A program made the position numbers and the translations under genes. Shown here in pieces: positions 50,039 through 60,261 of a DNA stretch of 64,000 nt (position 1 is the stretch's first letter; each line of letters begins with the position of its first letter). The stretch is from positions 2,520-66,519 of the forward strand of contig JAPYSB010000007.1 in the NCBI GenBank assembly GCA_029936675.1, written 5' to 3'. The notes beneath the pieces are model-generated. The model was not told the origin of the DNA. It saw only the letters and a list, made by a program, of their open reading frames with translations, and ran no database searches. The stretch is from Dehalococcoidia bacterium. GTDB lineage: Bacteria > Chloroflexota > Dehalococcoidia > Lucifugimonadales > UBA826.

Positions 50039-51484
50039 GTGAATTTGAGACCAGTTATATTGGCAGGTGGTTCAGGTAAACGTTTGTGGCCGCTTTCCCG
50101 AAATCAATACCCTAAACCTTTTCTCACCAATAATAGTCATACATCTTTAATCCAAAACACCGTGCAGCGATCACTGAATTTGGATTTAGCTCTCCCTGTC
50201 ATCGTTTGCAACGAACAAAATCGATTTTTACTAATTGACCACCTGAATTCCATATCAGCTCAAGTTGAAAAAATTCTTTTGGAGCCTTTACCCAAAAATA
50301 CAGCTCCCGCCTTGACGCTTGCAGCACTCTATCTTTTAGAGAATTTGGGAGACCATATTTTATTTTCAATGCCTTCCGACCATTTCATAGAGGAAGATGA
50401 TGATTTCTTAGAGGCGGTAAGTACTGCCTCTAAACTAGCAGAGGACGGGGGGATAGTTACATTTGGAATAGATGTTGAAACCCCTGACGTAAACTTTGGC
50501 TATATCCAAAAAGGTAAGTCTTCAAGAAGTGGTTACTATGAATTGAAAGGGTTTCACGAAAAACCAGATTCTAAGACCGCACATAGAATGCATGAATCTA
50601 AAGAATTCCTATGGAACAGCGGGATGTTTTTTGTAAAAGCTAGTTCATGGGTTCACAACTTAAAAATCCATTCTCCAAGAATTTTAGAGGCCTGTGAAAG
50701 ATCCATTCAAAATGGCACAGAGGATGACATATTCTTTCGTCCTGAACCTGAATCATTAGGTGATTGTCCTAGCAAATCTATCGATCATGCAGTCATGGAG
50801 AACCTGAAACATTCTGAGAATACCTTCAAGAATTGGGTGGTTCCCTTAAAATCATCATGGTCAGATTTAGGATCGTGGAGTTCTTTCATGGGGTCTCAAA
50901 TTCCTGATAAATCCAATAACCTGCTGCAGGGCGATGTTATTACTGATTCTGTCCAAAATTCCATAATCGTGAGCGACCATCGGACTGTGGCGGCTTCTCA
51001 TGTTGACAATCTGATCATTGTGGAGACACCGGATGCAATATTGGTAGCAGATAGGAACCAAGAACACGAAATTAAAGACTTAGTGAATAAAATTCCAGCT
51101 GAAAGCACGGCGATTTTCGAAAGCCACAAGAAAGTATTTCGACCATGGGGGCATTATGAAATTGTTGATAGCGGAGAAGAATTCCAGGTTAAACGGCTAA
51201 CTGTGTTGCCGAAACACGCGCTTTCACTGCAAATACATAACCACAGAACAGAACATTGGGTGGTGGTATCTGGAGTTGCAACAGTTACAAAGGGCAGTGA
51301 GAAAATGACACTAGAAAAGAATCAATCAACATACATACCAAGGAAAGTCCAGCATAGATTGGAAAATAAAAAAGACGAAAATCTTGAAATAATAGAAGTA
51401 CAATCGGGTTCATACTTTGGAGAAGACGACATTGTTAGGCTTGAAGATAGGTATGATAGGGCTTCCGGCACATCAAATTTATGA
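50039..51484 (+). CDS. manC: Mannose-1-phosphate guanylyltransferase / mannose-6-phosphate isomerase
   Basis: Motifs ILAGGSGKRLWPLSR..YPK, NTAPA, WSDLGSW, RPWG and LSLQ.HNHR.EHW. Confidence 0.93.
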   Translation: MNLRPVILAGGSGKRLWPLSRNQYPKPFLTNNSHTSLIQNTVQRSLNLDLALPVIVCNEQNRFLLIDHLNSISAQVEKILLEPLPKNTAPALTLAALYLLENLGDHILFSMPSDHFIEEDDDFLEAVSTASKLAEDGGIVTFGIDVETPDVNFGYIQKGKSSRSGYYELKGFHEKPDSKTAHRMHESKEFLWNSGMFFVKASSWVHNLKIHSPRILEACERSIQNGTEDDIFFRPEPESLGDCPSKSIDHAVMENLKHSENTFKNWVVPLKSSWSDLGSWSSFMGSQIPDKSNNLLQGDVITDSVQNSIIVSDHRTVAASHVDNLIIVETPDAILVADRNQEHEIKDLVNKIPAESTAIFESHKKVFRPWGHYEIVDSGEEFQVKRLTVLPKHALSLQIHNHRTEHWVVVSGVATVTKGSEKMTLEKNQSTYIPRKVQHRLENKKDENLEIIEVQSGSYFGEDDIVRLEDRYDRASGTSNL

Positions 51485-51506
51485 GCAACAGATAAGGGTA
51501 ATTTAT

Positions 51507-51677
51507 ATGAAGGAAATACCACTCATATTTCCATTTGCGTTGTTGGTCATAATAGTAGCGTTGATGTTTTCCACAGCCTATGGATTAGCTGATAGTACGA
51601 TAAAATCAAAAGGGGCCTCAACAAGTCAATATAAATGGGAAGAAAAAGCTGCTTTTTGGGTTTGTCCTTTTCATTAA
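51507..51677 (+). CDS. Small membrane or secreted protein ending in CPFH
   Basis: ATG 51507 follows AAGGG; the product has one hydrophobic helix and fills the gap between manC and the SDR. Confidence 0.55.
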   Translation: MKEIPLIFPFALLVIIVALMFSTAYGLADSTIKSKGASTSQYKWEEKAAFWVCPFH

Positions 51678-51704
51678 ATTCCAGTAGTAAATTAGGAGAT
51701 TAGT

Positions 51705-52454
51705 ATGAAAAATCTCGACGGTAAAGTAGCCATCGTCACGGGTGCCGCGACAGGAATTGGTTACGGAATATCCAAACGTCTCGCCAACGACGGAGCAAAC
51801 TTGGTAATGGTAGATTTGGACGCCAGTATGATGGAGCAATCAGCTAGTGAAATTGCGGCCAGAACACAGGAAGTAGAAATCTCCATTGGTGATGTTTCCG
51901 ACCCTAAAACAGCTCAAGAAGCGGTCAATAAAGCAATTACTAAATGGGGAAAGATAGACATACTAATAAATAATGCCGGTATAGGTGGGGTTAACGGAAA
52001 TATTTGGGAATTAGACGTGGAGGAAATGGATAGAGTGTACCGAACTAATCTTCGAGGGGTCTTTTCCTTTTGTCACGAGGTAATCCCTCATATGTTAGAA
52101 AAAGATTACGGGAGAATTGTTAACATCGCCTCTATCGCTGGTAAGGAAGGAAATCCACGTATGGTTCCGTATTCGTCCACCAAAGCTGCGGTGATCGGCC
52201 TTACAAAATCTATAGGCAAGGAACTGGCAGGCACCGGAGTTTTAGCAAATTGTGTTACTCCTGCAGTGGTTCAAACTCGTATATTAGAGGAATTCACTCC
52301 GGAGCAAGTTCAATATATGGTCGATAGAATACCTATTGGAAGAACTGGTGAAATATCCGAAATAGCTGCTTTGGTGGCTTGGCTGTCGTCTAATGAATGC
52401 TCTTTCAGTACAGGCGCCGTATTTGACATAAGCGGAGGCCGCGCCACTTACTAA
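51705..52454 (+). CDS. SDR family oxidoreductase (FabG-like)
   Basis: Motifs TGAATGIG, NNAGI, YSSTK and FSTGAVFDISGGRATY. Confidence 0.9.
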   Translation: MKNLDGKVAIVTGAATGIGYGISKRLANDGANLVMVDLDASMMEQSASEIAARTQEVEISIGDVSDPKTAQEAVNKAITKWGKIDILINNAGIGGVNGNIWELDVEEMDRVYRTNLRGVFSFCHEVIPHMLEKDYGRIVNIASIAGKEGNPRMVPYSSTKAAVIGLTKSIGKELAGTGVLANCVTPAVVQTRILEEFTPEQVQYMVDRIPIGRTGEISEIAALVAWLSSNECSFSTGAVFDISGGRATY

Positions 52455-52506
52455 CCTTAATTTGAATAAAGCGGTTAGGGAAATATTGGAATTAGATAAG
52501 TTTCCC

Positions 52507-52950
52507 TTATATCTGAAAGGTGTTTACTCCTACTTCAGCACCAACTGAAACAACCCCGCCTTTCTCTACAAATGCCAAGAGACCCCTTTTTCCGTCAATT
52601 TCTTCCTTCAAACCAGGTCGTATTTCATCCATGCGAGAGCAAGGTTCGCAAACTCCGGTGATTTCCAATACCACGTCGGCACCTAAAGACACCCTATCCC
52701 CAGCGGAAATAGTTGATAAATCTAATCCTTCCAAAGTTACGTTTTCACGGACTTGACCAGGCTCAAGATCAAAATGGTTCAATGTCTCTACATCCATGAT
52801 CAATACCTGCCTTTTTGAACGCAGCCCATCGGAGCGCAAATGCCTGTCACCGTGCATACCGTGCCCGGTAACAAACTTAGCCTGAACAACCTCTTCCATC
52901 GGCTCACGGCTTCCCAAACATAATCGTAATGAAACTATTGAACCAGCCAT
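52507..52950 (-). CDS. MOSC domain protein
   Basis: Motifs GMHGDRH, RQVL, ENVTLEG, CEPC and RGLL. Start set at ATG 52950 after a GGAGG SD. Confidence 0.85.
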   Translation of the reverse strand: MAGSIVSLRLCLGSREPMEEVVQAKFVTGHGMHGDRHLRSDGLRSKRQVLIMDVETLNHFDLEPGQVRENVTLEGLDLSTISAGDRVSLGADVVLEITGVCEPCSRMDEIRPGLKEEIDGKRGLLAFVEKGGVVSVGAEVGVNTFQI

Positions 52951-53090
52951 AATCAGTAACCTCCATGGGGCCTTCATGCTTCTGTCCCCATTCTACACCT
53001 TTTTAAAAAACGGTCCGTTGTATAATCGCCCTCACATCCAATAAATTAAAACCATAAGATAAATAGGCCAAACAAATTAAGGACAGTTAT

Positions 53091-54041
53091 ATGGATTCAC
53101 AAGTAACAATTGGTAATGGTGCTTTTAAATATAACGTAGTCGATAATTGGGAACAGATGCCATCTGGCTACTCGTGGCCTGAAACGGCTGGTGTTGCTAC
53201 GGACGAGAATGACAATGTATACGTTTTTAACCGCGGTGAGCATCCTATGATGGTATTTGATAAAGATGGAAAATTCCTAAAATCATGGGGAGAAGGTGTA
53301 TTCACGAGAGCGCATGGTGTAAGTAGAGGACCAGACAACACCTTATATTGCACCGATGATGGCGATCATACAGTTAGGCAATGCACCCTTGACGGAAAGG
53401 TGTTAATGACAATAGGAAACCCCGGAAATCCTTCAGGATTATTCAGTGGAAAACCTTTCAATAGATGTACTCATACCGCAACAGACCCAGAAACAGGTGA
53501 CATTTTTGTGACAGATGGATACGGGAACTCTCGAATACATAAATATTCCCCTGACGGAAATCTCTTGCACTCATGGGGAGGGCCTGGAACTGGCGAAGGT
53601 GAATTTAACATCATACACAACATTGCAACAGACAAAAATGGGTATATTTACATCTGCGACAGAGAGAATCACAGGGTACAAGTTTTCGATAAGAGCGGAA
53701 ATTTCGAAGCCGCTTGGTCAAATGTTCACAGGCCCTGTGCTATTTACATAGATGCGCAACAAAGAATTTATGTTGCCGAGTTAGGTTATGGAAACAATGT
53801 AAGTAAAAATGTACCGAACATAGGCCCCAGGGTGAGTGTTTTGGATCAATCCGGAAAAGTATTAGAACGAATTGGAGATATGGGATATGGATTTGAAATC
53901 GGTCAATTCGCTGCGCCGCATGGCTTGTGCCTTGATTCCAGTTTGAGCATATATGTCGCAGAAGTAGCTAGAACAAATATGAGTCATTACACTACTCCTC
54001 CTGATGTTCTCAGAAGCTTCCAAAAACTAGTCAAAGCCTAG
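53091..54041 (+). CDS. NHL-repeat protein, peptidyl-alpha-hydroxyglycine alpha-amidating lyase family (paralog of 30081..30968)
   Basis: Motifs TDGYGNSR, CDRENHRVQ and APHGL. Confidence 0.82.
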   Translation: MDSQVTIGNGAFKYNVVDNWEQMPSGYSWPETAGVATDENDNVYVFNRGEHPMMVFDKDGKFLKSWGEGVFTRAHGVSRGPDNTLYCTDDGDHTVRQCTLDGKVLMTIGNPGNPSGLFSGKPFNRCTHTATDPETGDIFVTDGYGNSRIHKYSPDGNLLHSWGGPGTGEGEFNIIHNIATDKNGYIYICDRENHRVQVFDKSGNFEAAWSNVHRPCAIYIDAQQRIYVAELGYGNNVSKNVPNIGPRVSVLDQSGKVLERIGDMGYGFEIGQFAAPHGLCLDSSLSIYVAEVARTNMSHYTTPPDVLRSFQKLVKA

Positions 54042-54123
54042 TAACTGCCCATAGTAGATGCTAATCTACCTCGAACAATCAATCCGAAAGAACCATTAAC
54101 CAATCGAACGAAGGAGGCTGGAA

Positions 54124-55110
54124 ATGGCAGCAACTAAAGCACACAGTAAGTTGGTCCAACAAATGACCGAAGCTGGTTCCAAATTTTTAGAAAGCCTTTC
54201 GCCAGACCAAAAAAACAAAGCTTGTTTCGAATATTTGGATGGAGAAAGAATATTTTGGTACTACCCCCCTATGAACCGTCACGGCTTAGCCTTGAGGGAC
54301 ATGGAATCCAACCAAAGGGATTTAGCCTTTAAGTTGATGTCAACTGGTCTGACTAACAAATCATATGAGCAAGCTAAACAAATAATTGCTCTTGAAGACG
54401 TATTGGGACCTCTTGAGAAAGAGAGCGGTGTGAAATCATTCAAAAGAGATCCTGAATTGTATTATTTCACTATATTTGGAACACCTGGTGGAGATGGCCC
54501 CTGGGCCTGGAGGGCAGAAGGACATCACGTTTCGCTACATTTCAGCGTCTGGAAAGGTGAAATCATATCTATGACGCCTTTTTTCTTTGGTGCTAACCCT
54601 GCCGAGGTCAGACAAGGACCCAAAAATGGTCTGCGAATCCTGAGCCATCGGGAAGATATTGCGTTCGACTTAATGAATAACTTTGATGAAGGGCAGAAAA
54701 AGAAGGCGATAATTTATGGAGCCGCACCCTACGACATAATTACATACAACAGCTCCAAAGTTTCCTTACCTGCTCAGGAAGGCCTATCGATCTCAAAAAT
54801 GACAGGAACGCAACGAGAAATTATCGAGTCTTTAATATCGGAATACATCAATCAAGTGCCCGAAGAATTGGCACAGAAAAAATTTGACGACCTTGAAAAA
54901 TATGGGTTGGGAAATGTTCATTTTGCCTGGGGTGGTGCTACTGATGCTAGCGGTGAACACTACTACAGAATTCACGGAGGAAATTTCGTGGTGGAATTCG
55001 ACAACAGACAAAACAGTGCGAACCATATACATTCTGTATGGCGAGATGTAGACAACGATTTCGCCGAAGATGTCATGAGGCAGCACCTGCTGGCCTACCA
55101 CGTACTCTAG
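54124..55110 (+). CDS. DUF3500 domain protein
   Basis: Motifs YYFTIFGTP, W.WR.EGHHVSL, PFFFGANP, HYYRIHG and NHIHSVWRD. Confidence 0.85.
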   Translation: MAATKAHSKLVQQMTEAGSKFLESLSPDQKNKACFEYLDGERIFWYYPPMNRHGLALRDMESNQRDLAFKLMSTGLTNKSYEQAKQIIALEDVLGPLEKESGVKSFKRDPELYYFTIFGTPGGDGPWAWRAEGHHVSLHFSVWKGEIISMTPFFFGANPAEVRQGPKNGLRILSHREDIAFDLMNNFDEGQKKKAIIYGAAPYDIITYNSSKVSLPAQEGLSISKMTGTQREIIESLISEYINQVPEELAQKKFDDLEKYGLGNVHFAWGGATDASGEHYYRIHGGNFVVEFDNRQNSANHIHSVWRDVDNDFAEDVMRQHLLAYHVL

Positions 55111-55114
55111 GATC

Positions 55115-55159
55115 ATTTTTTTAAGAGGGAGGAAATGGATTTCTCCCTCTTAAAAAAAT
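55115..55159. terminator. Inverted repeat between the convergent DUF3500 gene and dnaK
   Basis: ATTTTTTTAAGAGGGAG...CTCCCTCTTAAAAAAAT, with 17-bp perfect arms. Confidence 0.7.
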
Positions 55160-55160
55160 A

Positions 55161-57056
55161 TTAAACCTCTCTAAATTCACCTTCGACGGTATTCTCTGGA
55201 TCATCCTGTGAAGGAGTTTCTTCCTCCGGCGGCGCTCCAGCTGCCTCACCGGTTTTGCTGTACACTTCCTGACCTATCTTTTGAAGAGTTTCCTGAAGTT
55301 GCTGAAGGGCCGATTCAATAGTGGCATTGTCTTCCCCCTCCAAAGCAGCCTTCAAATCAGATATTTTTTGCTCCACCTCATCTTTAAGTGAAGCATCAAC
55401 ATGCTCCTCATTTTCTTTAACCAATGTCTCTGCTGCGAATACAGCCGATTGAGCCGTATTTCGAATTTCAACCATCTCACGTTTTTGCCGATCTTCTTCT
55501 GCATGTTGCTCAGCTTCATCAATCATTTGGTCTATTTCATCTTGAGATAATCCTGAACTGGCAGTTATTGTGATTCTTTGTTCTTTACCTGTACCTTTAT
55601 CAGTGGCTGAAACATTTAGAATTCCATTGGCATCTATATCAAATGTGACCTCCACCTGAGGAACGCCTCTCGGGGCTGGTAAAATACCATCGAGATTAAA
55701 TCTTCCGATGGTCTTATTCTCAACTGCCATTGACCTTTCACCTTGCAATACGTGTACCTCAACAGAAGGCTGGTTATCAGAGGCAGTTGTGAAAGTTTCA
55801 CTTTTTGAAGTGGGTATAGTCGTATTTCTCTGTATCAACGGTGTAGTTACACCTCCTAAGGTTTCTATACCCAAAGTCAGCGGAGTTACATCTAACAGCA
55901 AAATATCCTTAACATCACCTTGCAAGACACCAGCCTGCACAGCAGCACCGATCGCCACGACTTCATCTGGATTTACTCCTTGATGAACCTGTTTACCGAA
56001 GAAATCTTCTACTGCCTTTTGTACAACCGGCATCCGAGTCATACCGCCCACCAGGATAATCTCATCAATTTCAGATGAACTAACTTCAGCATCAGTCATA
56101 GCCTTCCTACAAGGCTCTATTGTTTGTTGGACTAAATCATTCACTAATTGCTCTAATGTTGACCTTTCCATTGTCTCAACTAAATGTTTCGGGCCAGAGG
56201 CATCTGCTGTAATAAACGGTAAATTGATTTCTGTCTGCATTAAGGTAGAAAGTTCGATTTTTGCCCTCTCTGCTGACTCTCTAAGTCTTTGTAGGGCCAT
56301 TCGATCACTCTTCAAATCAATCCCTTGGTCTTGTTTGAACTTATCGCAGATCCAATCAATAATAAGTTGATCAAAATCATCCCCTCCCAAATGAGTGTCT
56401 CCGTTGGTTGCTTTAACCTCAAAAACCCCATCCCCCATCTGAAGAACCGTAATATCAAAGGTGCCACCCCCCAGGTCATATACTGCTATAGTCTGGTCGC
56501 TTTCATTATCTAAACCGTATGCAAGTGCTGCCGCTGTCGGTTCATTAATGATTCTCATTACCTCTAGGCCTGCGATTTTTCCAGCATCCCTCGTAGCATT
56601 CCTTTGACTATCATCGAAATATGCCGGCACAGTAATCACCGCTTGGGTAATTTCTTCACCTAGTTTGGATTCTGCATCCTGTTTCAGCTTCTGAAGAACC
56701 ATAGCAGCAACTTCTGGAGGAGCGTAGTTCTTATCTCCCATAGAAACATGAGCATCACCATTTGCGTGTTCAACCACCGAGAAGGGAATTAACTCCTTAT
56801 TCCTAGAGACAGAATCATCCCCATATTTCATTCCCATGAAGCGTTTTACTGAAAAAACCGTATTATCGGGATTTGTAACCGCCTGCCTCTTAGCTGTTGT
56901 TCCAACATATCTTTCATTAGATCTAGGATTAATACCTACCACTGATGGGGTTGTCCGATTACCTTCAGCATTTTCAATCACCCGAGGTTCACCACCTTCT
57001 ATAATTGACATACATGAATTGGTAGTCCCTAAATCAATACCGAGAATTTTCGGCAT
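55161..57056 (-). CDS. dnaK: Molecular chaperone DnaK
   Basis: Motifs [35 protein letters not shown] and [11 protein letters not shown]. Confidence 0.99.
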   Translation of the reverse strand: MPKILGIDLGTTNSCMSIIEGGEPRVIENAEGNRTTPSVVGINPRSNERYVGTTAKRQAVTNPDNTVFSVKRFMGMKYGDDSVSRNKELIPFSVVEHANGDAHVSMGDKNYAPPEVAAMVLQKLKQDAESKLGEEITQAVITVPAYFDDSQRNATRDAGKIAGLEVMRIINEPTAAALAYGLDNESDQTIAVYDLGGGTFDITVLQMGDGVFEVKATNGDTHLGGDDFDQLIIDWICDKFKQDQGIDLKSDRMALQRLRESAERAKIELSTLMQTEINLPFITADASGPKHLVETMERSTLEQLVNDLVQQTIEPCRKAMTDAEVSSSEIDEIILVGGMTRMPVVQKAVEDFFGKQVHQGVNPDEVVAIGAAVQAGVLQGDVKDILLLDVTPLTLGIETLGGVTTPLIQRNTTIPTSKSETFTTASDNQPSVEVHVLQGERSMAVENKTIGRFNLDGILPAPRGVPQVEVTFDIDANGILNVSATDKGTGKEQRITITASSGLSQDEIDQMIDEAEQHAEEDRQKREMVEIRNTAQSAVFAAETLVKENEEHVDASLKDEVEQKISDLKAALEGEDNATIESALQQLQETLQKIGQEVYSKTGEAAGAPPEEETPSQDDPENTVEGEFREV

Positions 57057-57646
57057 TACTTGTCCTCCTGTTTACTTAATTCGTCTTTTTGATTTTCTTG
57101 CTCAGTAAATTTTGAAACGATTACTCTTGCAGGCCTGATGATCCTTTCATTTAGTCGATATCCTTGCTGAATCACATTAAGTATCAACCCATCTTCAATA
57201 TCAGAATTTTCTTCATACAAAAGGGCCTCATGTTCTCGAGGGTCAAAAGATTTACCCAGAGATTCGATCTGACTCACCCCTTCCAATTCCAGTGCTTTCT
57301 CCAAATTCCGTAGTACCAATTCGACTCCCTCTGTCCATTCAATTTGGGCCTCCTCAGGGACATTTTCAATAGCCCTTTCTAAGTCATCAACTATAGAAAT
57401 AAATCTTGAAATCACTCCGAATTGAACTGCCCTTTTGGCCTCTTCCATTTCCTGGTTAGCCCGATTTCTATAGTTAACTAAATCAGCTTGTGCCCGTTGG
57501 GCGATCAATTTGTAATGGTCTATTTCTTCGCTTAAATCAACTGGTGTTTCCGGTGCATCTGTCGAATCTTTTTCACTCCCAAGGTTATTCGACTCTTGAT
57601 CGTCTGACTCTGGGGTTGGATCTCCGGATATTTCTTTTTCTTCCAA
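57056..57646 (-). CDS. grpE: Nucleotide exchange factor GrpE
   Basis: Motifs [24 protein letters not shown] and QQGYRL...RPARVIV. Confidence 0.96.
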   Translation of the reverse strand: MEEKEISGDPTPESDDQESNNLGSEKDSTDAPETPVDLSEEIDHYKLIAQRAQADLVNYRNRANQEMEEAKRAVQFGVISRFISIVDDLERAIENVPEEAQIEWTEGVELVLRNLEKALELEGVSQIESLGKSFDPREHEALLYEENSDIEDGLILNVIQQGYRLNERIIRPARVIVSKFTEQENQKDELSKQEDK

Positions 57647-57676
57647 ATATTCTCTCCATGAGATAAAAATACAAAT

Positions 57677-58156
57677 TTAAGAAGGCCTAGTCTTTAATAT
57701 CTTGAACATTTCATTCAGACAATTTTCCAAATATTTTTTCAATTCACCCTTTTCAGCCTGATCCAAACCCGATTTCATTTTCAGCATCTGGTTAAACATA
57801 CCTAGTGAAAGCTCTACGCCTGCTAAATTCAGACCTATGTCACCTACTAAATGTTTGATAAGTCTCAGCCTGACTATATCTTCCTCAGAATATAATCTGA
57901 GCATCCCAACAGTTCTTGAGGGCCTTACCAACCCCGACCTTTCGTATTTACGCAAGGTCTGTGGATGCATTTCTAACAGCCGTGCAGCCACACTAATAAC
58001 ATAGAGTCCATCCGGTGAGGCATAGGCACTTTCATTGCTTCTCGTTCGTGGCCTACCCGGCCCTGACCTAGGAGTACCTTGGCTCACAGAAACCCCAAGT
58101 CGAATCACGCGCTGGTTCGAAGCAGGACCTTGTCTTCCAGAGTCTCTATGTGGCAT
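57677..58156 (-). CDS. hspR: MerR-family heat-shock repressor HspR
   Basis: YVISVAARLLEMHPQTLRKYERSGLVRPSRT...RLYS...GLNLAGV; lies immediately upstream of grpE-dnaK. Confidence 0.88.
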   Translation of the reverse strand: MPHRDSGRQGPASNQRVIRLGVSVSQGTPRSGPGRPRTRSNESAYASPDGLYVISVAARLLEMHPQTLRKYERSGLVRPSRTVGMLRLYSEEDIVRLRLIKHLVGDIGLNLAGVELSLGMFNQMLKMKSGLDQAEKGELKKYLENCLNEMFKILKTRPS

Positions 58157-58221
58157 AAAATATTTCTATACTCCGATTGGATGTATACTGAAACTTAGGT
58201 TTTTAATTGAATAAATGTTAT

Positions 58222-58246
58222 AAGTTGATCCGTTTCGTGTCAACTT
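58222..58246. promoter_or_regulatory. HAIR-like operator overlapping the hspR-grpE-dnaK promoter
   Basis: AAGTTGA-N11-TCAACTT palindrome. It contains the minus-strand TTGACA, which has TAACAT 17 nt downstream. Confidence 0.72.
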
Positions 58247-58319
58247 ACATTATATCGATCATTAACTACATTCCAACCAATATTCTAATGTCAGCGAGCA
58301 CACTTATGAGAAAACGGTT

Positions 58320-58961
58320 ATGACACCTGATTTAGTTATTTTTGACTGTGATGGTGTACTTGTTGATAGTGAAATCATATCTAACTCAGTGCTTTCCGAG
58401 TCATTGGAAACGATTGGGCTAAATATCACACCAGAGGTATGTATCGATTTATTCCTTGGAAAATCCTGGGATTATTGTTTTAGTGTGATAAAAAAGCGCT
58501 TGGGAACAGAACCTCCTCATAATTTTCATGAAACTTACATGGAAAAACTGTTAGCCCAGTTTGAAAAAAACTTGAAACCGGTCGAAGATATACATTTCGC
58601 CTTGGAAAACATACCTTACCCAAAATGTGTGGCATCCAACGGGCCACACCTAAAAATAAGTAAAACCTTATCTATCACAGGTTTACTGGAGAGATTTGGT
58701 GAGCACGTATACAGTGGAGATGATGTGAAATCCGGAAAACCAGCCCCAGACCTTTTTCTACACGCAGCAGTGAAAATGAGTGCTACTCCCTCAAATACTT
58801 TGGTGATAGAAGACTCAACAGCTGGTGTAGAGGCGGCCTATAGTGCTGGGATGACTCCGCTAGCATTCTGCTCAAAAAAAACTAACCCAGCATTTGGACA
58901 ATCGAAAACCATAGTTTTCCGTAGCATGAGAGAATTGCCCGATCTGATAAATAGGTTGTAA
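58320..58961 (+). CDS. HAD-superfamily hydrolase (IA)
   Basis: Motifs IFDCDGVLVDSE, GKPAPDLF and VIEDS..GV. Confidence 0.92.
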   Translation: MTPDLVIFDCDGVLVDSEIISNSVLSESLETIGLNITPEVCIDLFLGKSWDYCFSVIKKRLGTEPPHNFHETYMEKLLAQFEKNLKPVEDIHFALENIPYPKCVASNGPHLKISKTLSITGLLERFGEHVYSGDDVKSGKPAPDLFLHAAVKMSATPSNTLVIEDSTAGVEAAYSAGMTPLAFCSKKTNPAFGQSKTIVFRSMRELPDLINRL

Positions 58962-58980
58962 TCAGCAATCGGAGGAAGTT

Positions 58981-59802
58981 GTGAACGACGAAATTGAATC
59001 TCTATTGAAAGGGTCTATTGATCTTAACGTATACGCTGCCCCTGACGTCCCCAAAAGGCGAATGGATGCCTTGGAAACGGCGAGAGCAGCCTACGAAGCT
59101 GGAATGGGCGGGTTCGTATTAAAATCACACAATTACCTCACATACCCTATGACCTACGCTTTATCTCAAATGTATCCAGGGCTAGGAATATACGGATCAA
59201 TTTCATTAAATTCACCTGTAGGAGGAATTAATCCAGAAGCGGTGGAAACAGCGGCTCGATTGGGTACAAAAGTTGTCTTTATGCCTACTATTTCAGCCAG
59301 GTTTCACCTATCAAAAACCAGCTCTGGGAAAAGTCTATATATATTAGACGAATCAGGGAAGCTCACTGATGACACTCTTGACGTAATTGATATCGTTCAG
59401 GCAAACGATATGGTCTTGGCCTCAGGATATATTTCACCATTAGAGACGATGAAATTATTTGGCGCCGCCAAAAATCATGGCGTAAAAAAAATGATCGCAA
59501 CTCATCCTGAAGAACTCCTTGAAGACCAATTGAAAGATTTGACCACCCTAGGAGTCTACATGGAATACAGCTTCCTTTCATGTATGCCTTTAACAGCAAA
59601 AATAAGTCCTGTGGATTTGTCAGCGCAGATACTCAAAGCTGGCATTGAAAGATCCGTAGTAACAACTGCTTTTGGGCAGCCAGTAAACCCTCCACCATCT
59701 GAAGGCATGAGAATGGCCATAGCCGCCTTGCTGGATTCAGGAATGTCACCGGAGAATATTTCTAGCTTAGTAAAAGATAACCCTAGCGAGTTATTGAGCT
59801 AG
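58981..59802 (+). CDS. DUF6282 family amidohydrolase-fold protein with degenerate metal ligands
   Basis: Motifs GSIDLNVYAAPD, GM..FVLKSH, GGINPEAV, VFMPT, THPE and GQ..NP.P.EG. Confidence 0.7.
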   Translation: MNDEIESLLKGSIDLNVYAAPDVPKRRMDALETARAAYEAGMGGFVLKSHNYLTYPMTYALSQMYPGLGIYGSISLNSPVGGINPEAVETAARLGTKVVFMPTISARFHLSKTSSGKSLYILDESGKLTDDTLDVIDIVQANDMVLASGYISPLETMKLFGAAKNHGVKKMIATHPEELLEDQLKDLTTLGVYMEYSFLSCMPLTAKISPVDLSAQILKAGIERSVVTTAFGQPVNPPPSEGMRMAIAALLDSGMSPENISSLVKDNPSELLS

Positions 59803-59844
59803 TTAAGAAATCTCCGCTCCTAATAATGAGACCTGAACCTCGTT

Positions 59845-60258
59845 TTACCTATCATCTTTATTCTGATTTTGTCTTGCTATATTGAATACTGAAAAAGCTA
59901 GCAACAACCAACCAAATATAAATAGTAAAGCCCCGAAAGGAGCTACAGCACCGAGCCAATTAAAGGAGCTCAGACTTATCGTGTACAAGCTACCGCAAAA
60001 TATGACCGTCCCCGCCAAAACCAACCACGGTATATAAAAAAAAAGCCTGTTGAATTCAAATTTGAAATTCAATATTATCCCGATAAGAATCAAAGTCACT
60101 GAGTGAAACATCTGGAATCTGACGGAAGTTTCATAAGTATCTTTAGAATCCATATCCATGACAGGATCGAGCCAATGAGCTCCCAGTGCTCCAACCAAAA
60201 CGGACAAGAAAGCTAATATTGAACCCACACCTATCCAATAACTAGCAATAGTTTTCAA
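59845..60258 (-). CDS. DUF423 family membrane protein
   Basis: Motifs GALGAH, FQMFH, GTVIFCGSLY and GAVAPFG...GW. Confidence 0.88.
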   Translation of the reverse strand: MKTIASYWIGVGSILAFLSVLVGALGAHWLDPVMDMDSKDTYETSVRFQMFHSVTLILIGIILNFKFEFNRLFFYIPWLVLAGTVIFCGSLYTISLSSFNWLGAVAPFGALLFIFGWLLLAFSVFNIARQNQNKDDR

Positions 60259-60261
60259 ATA

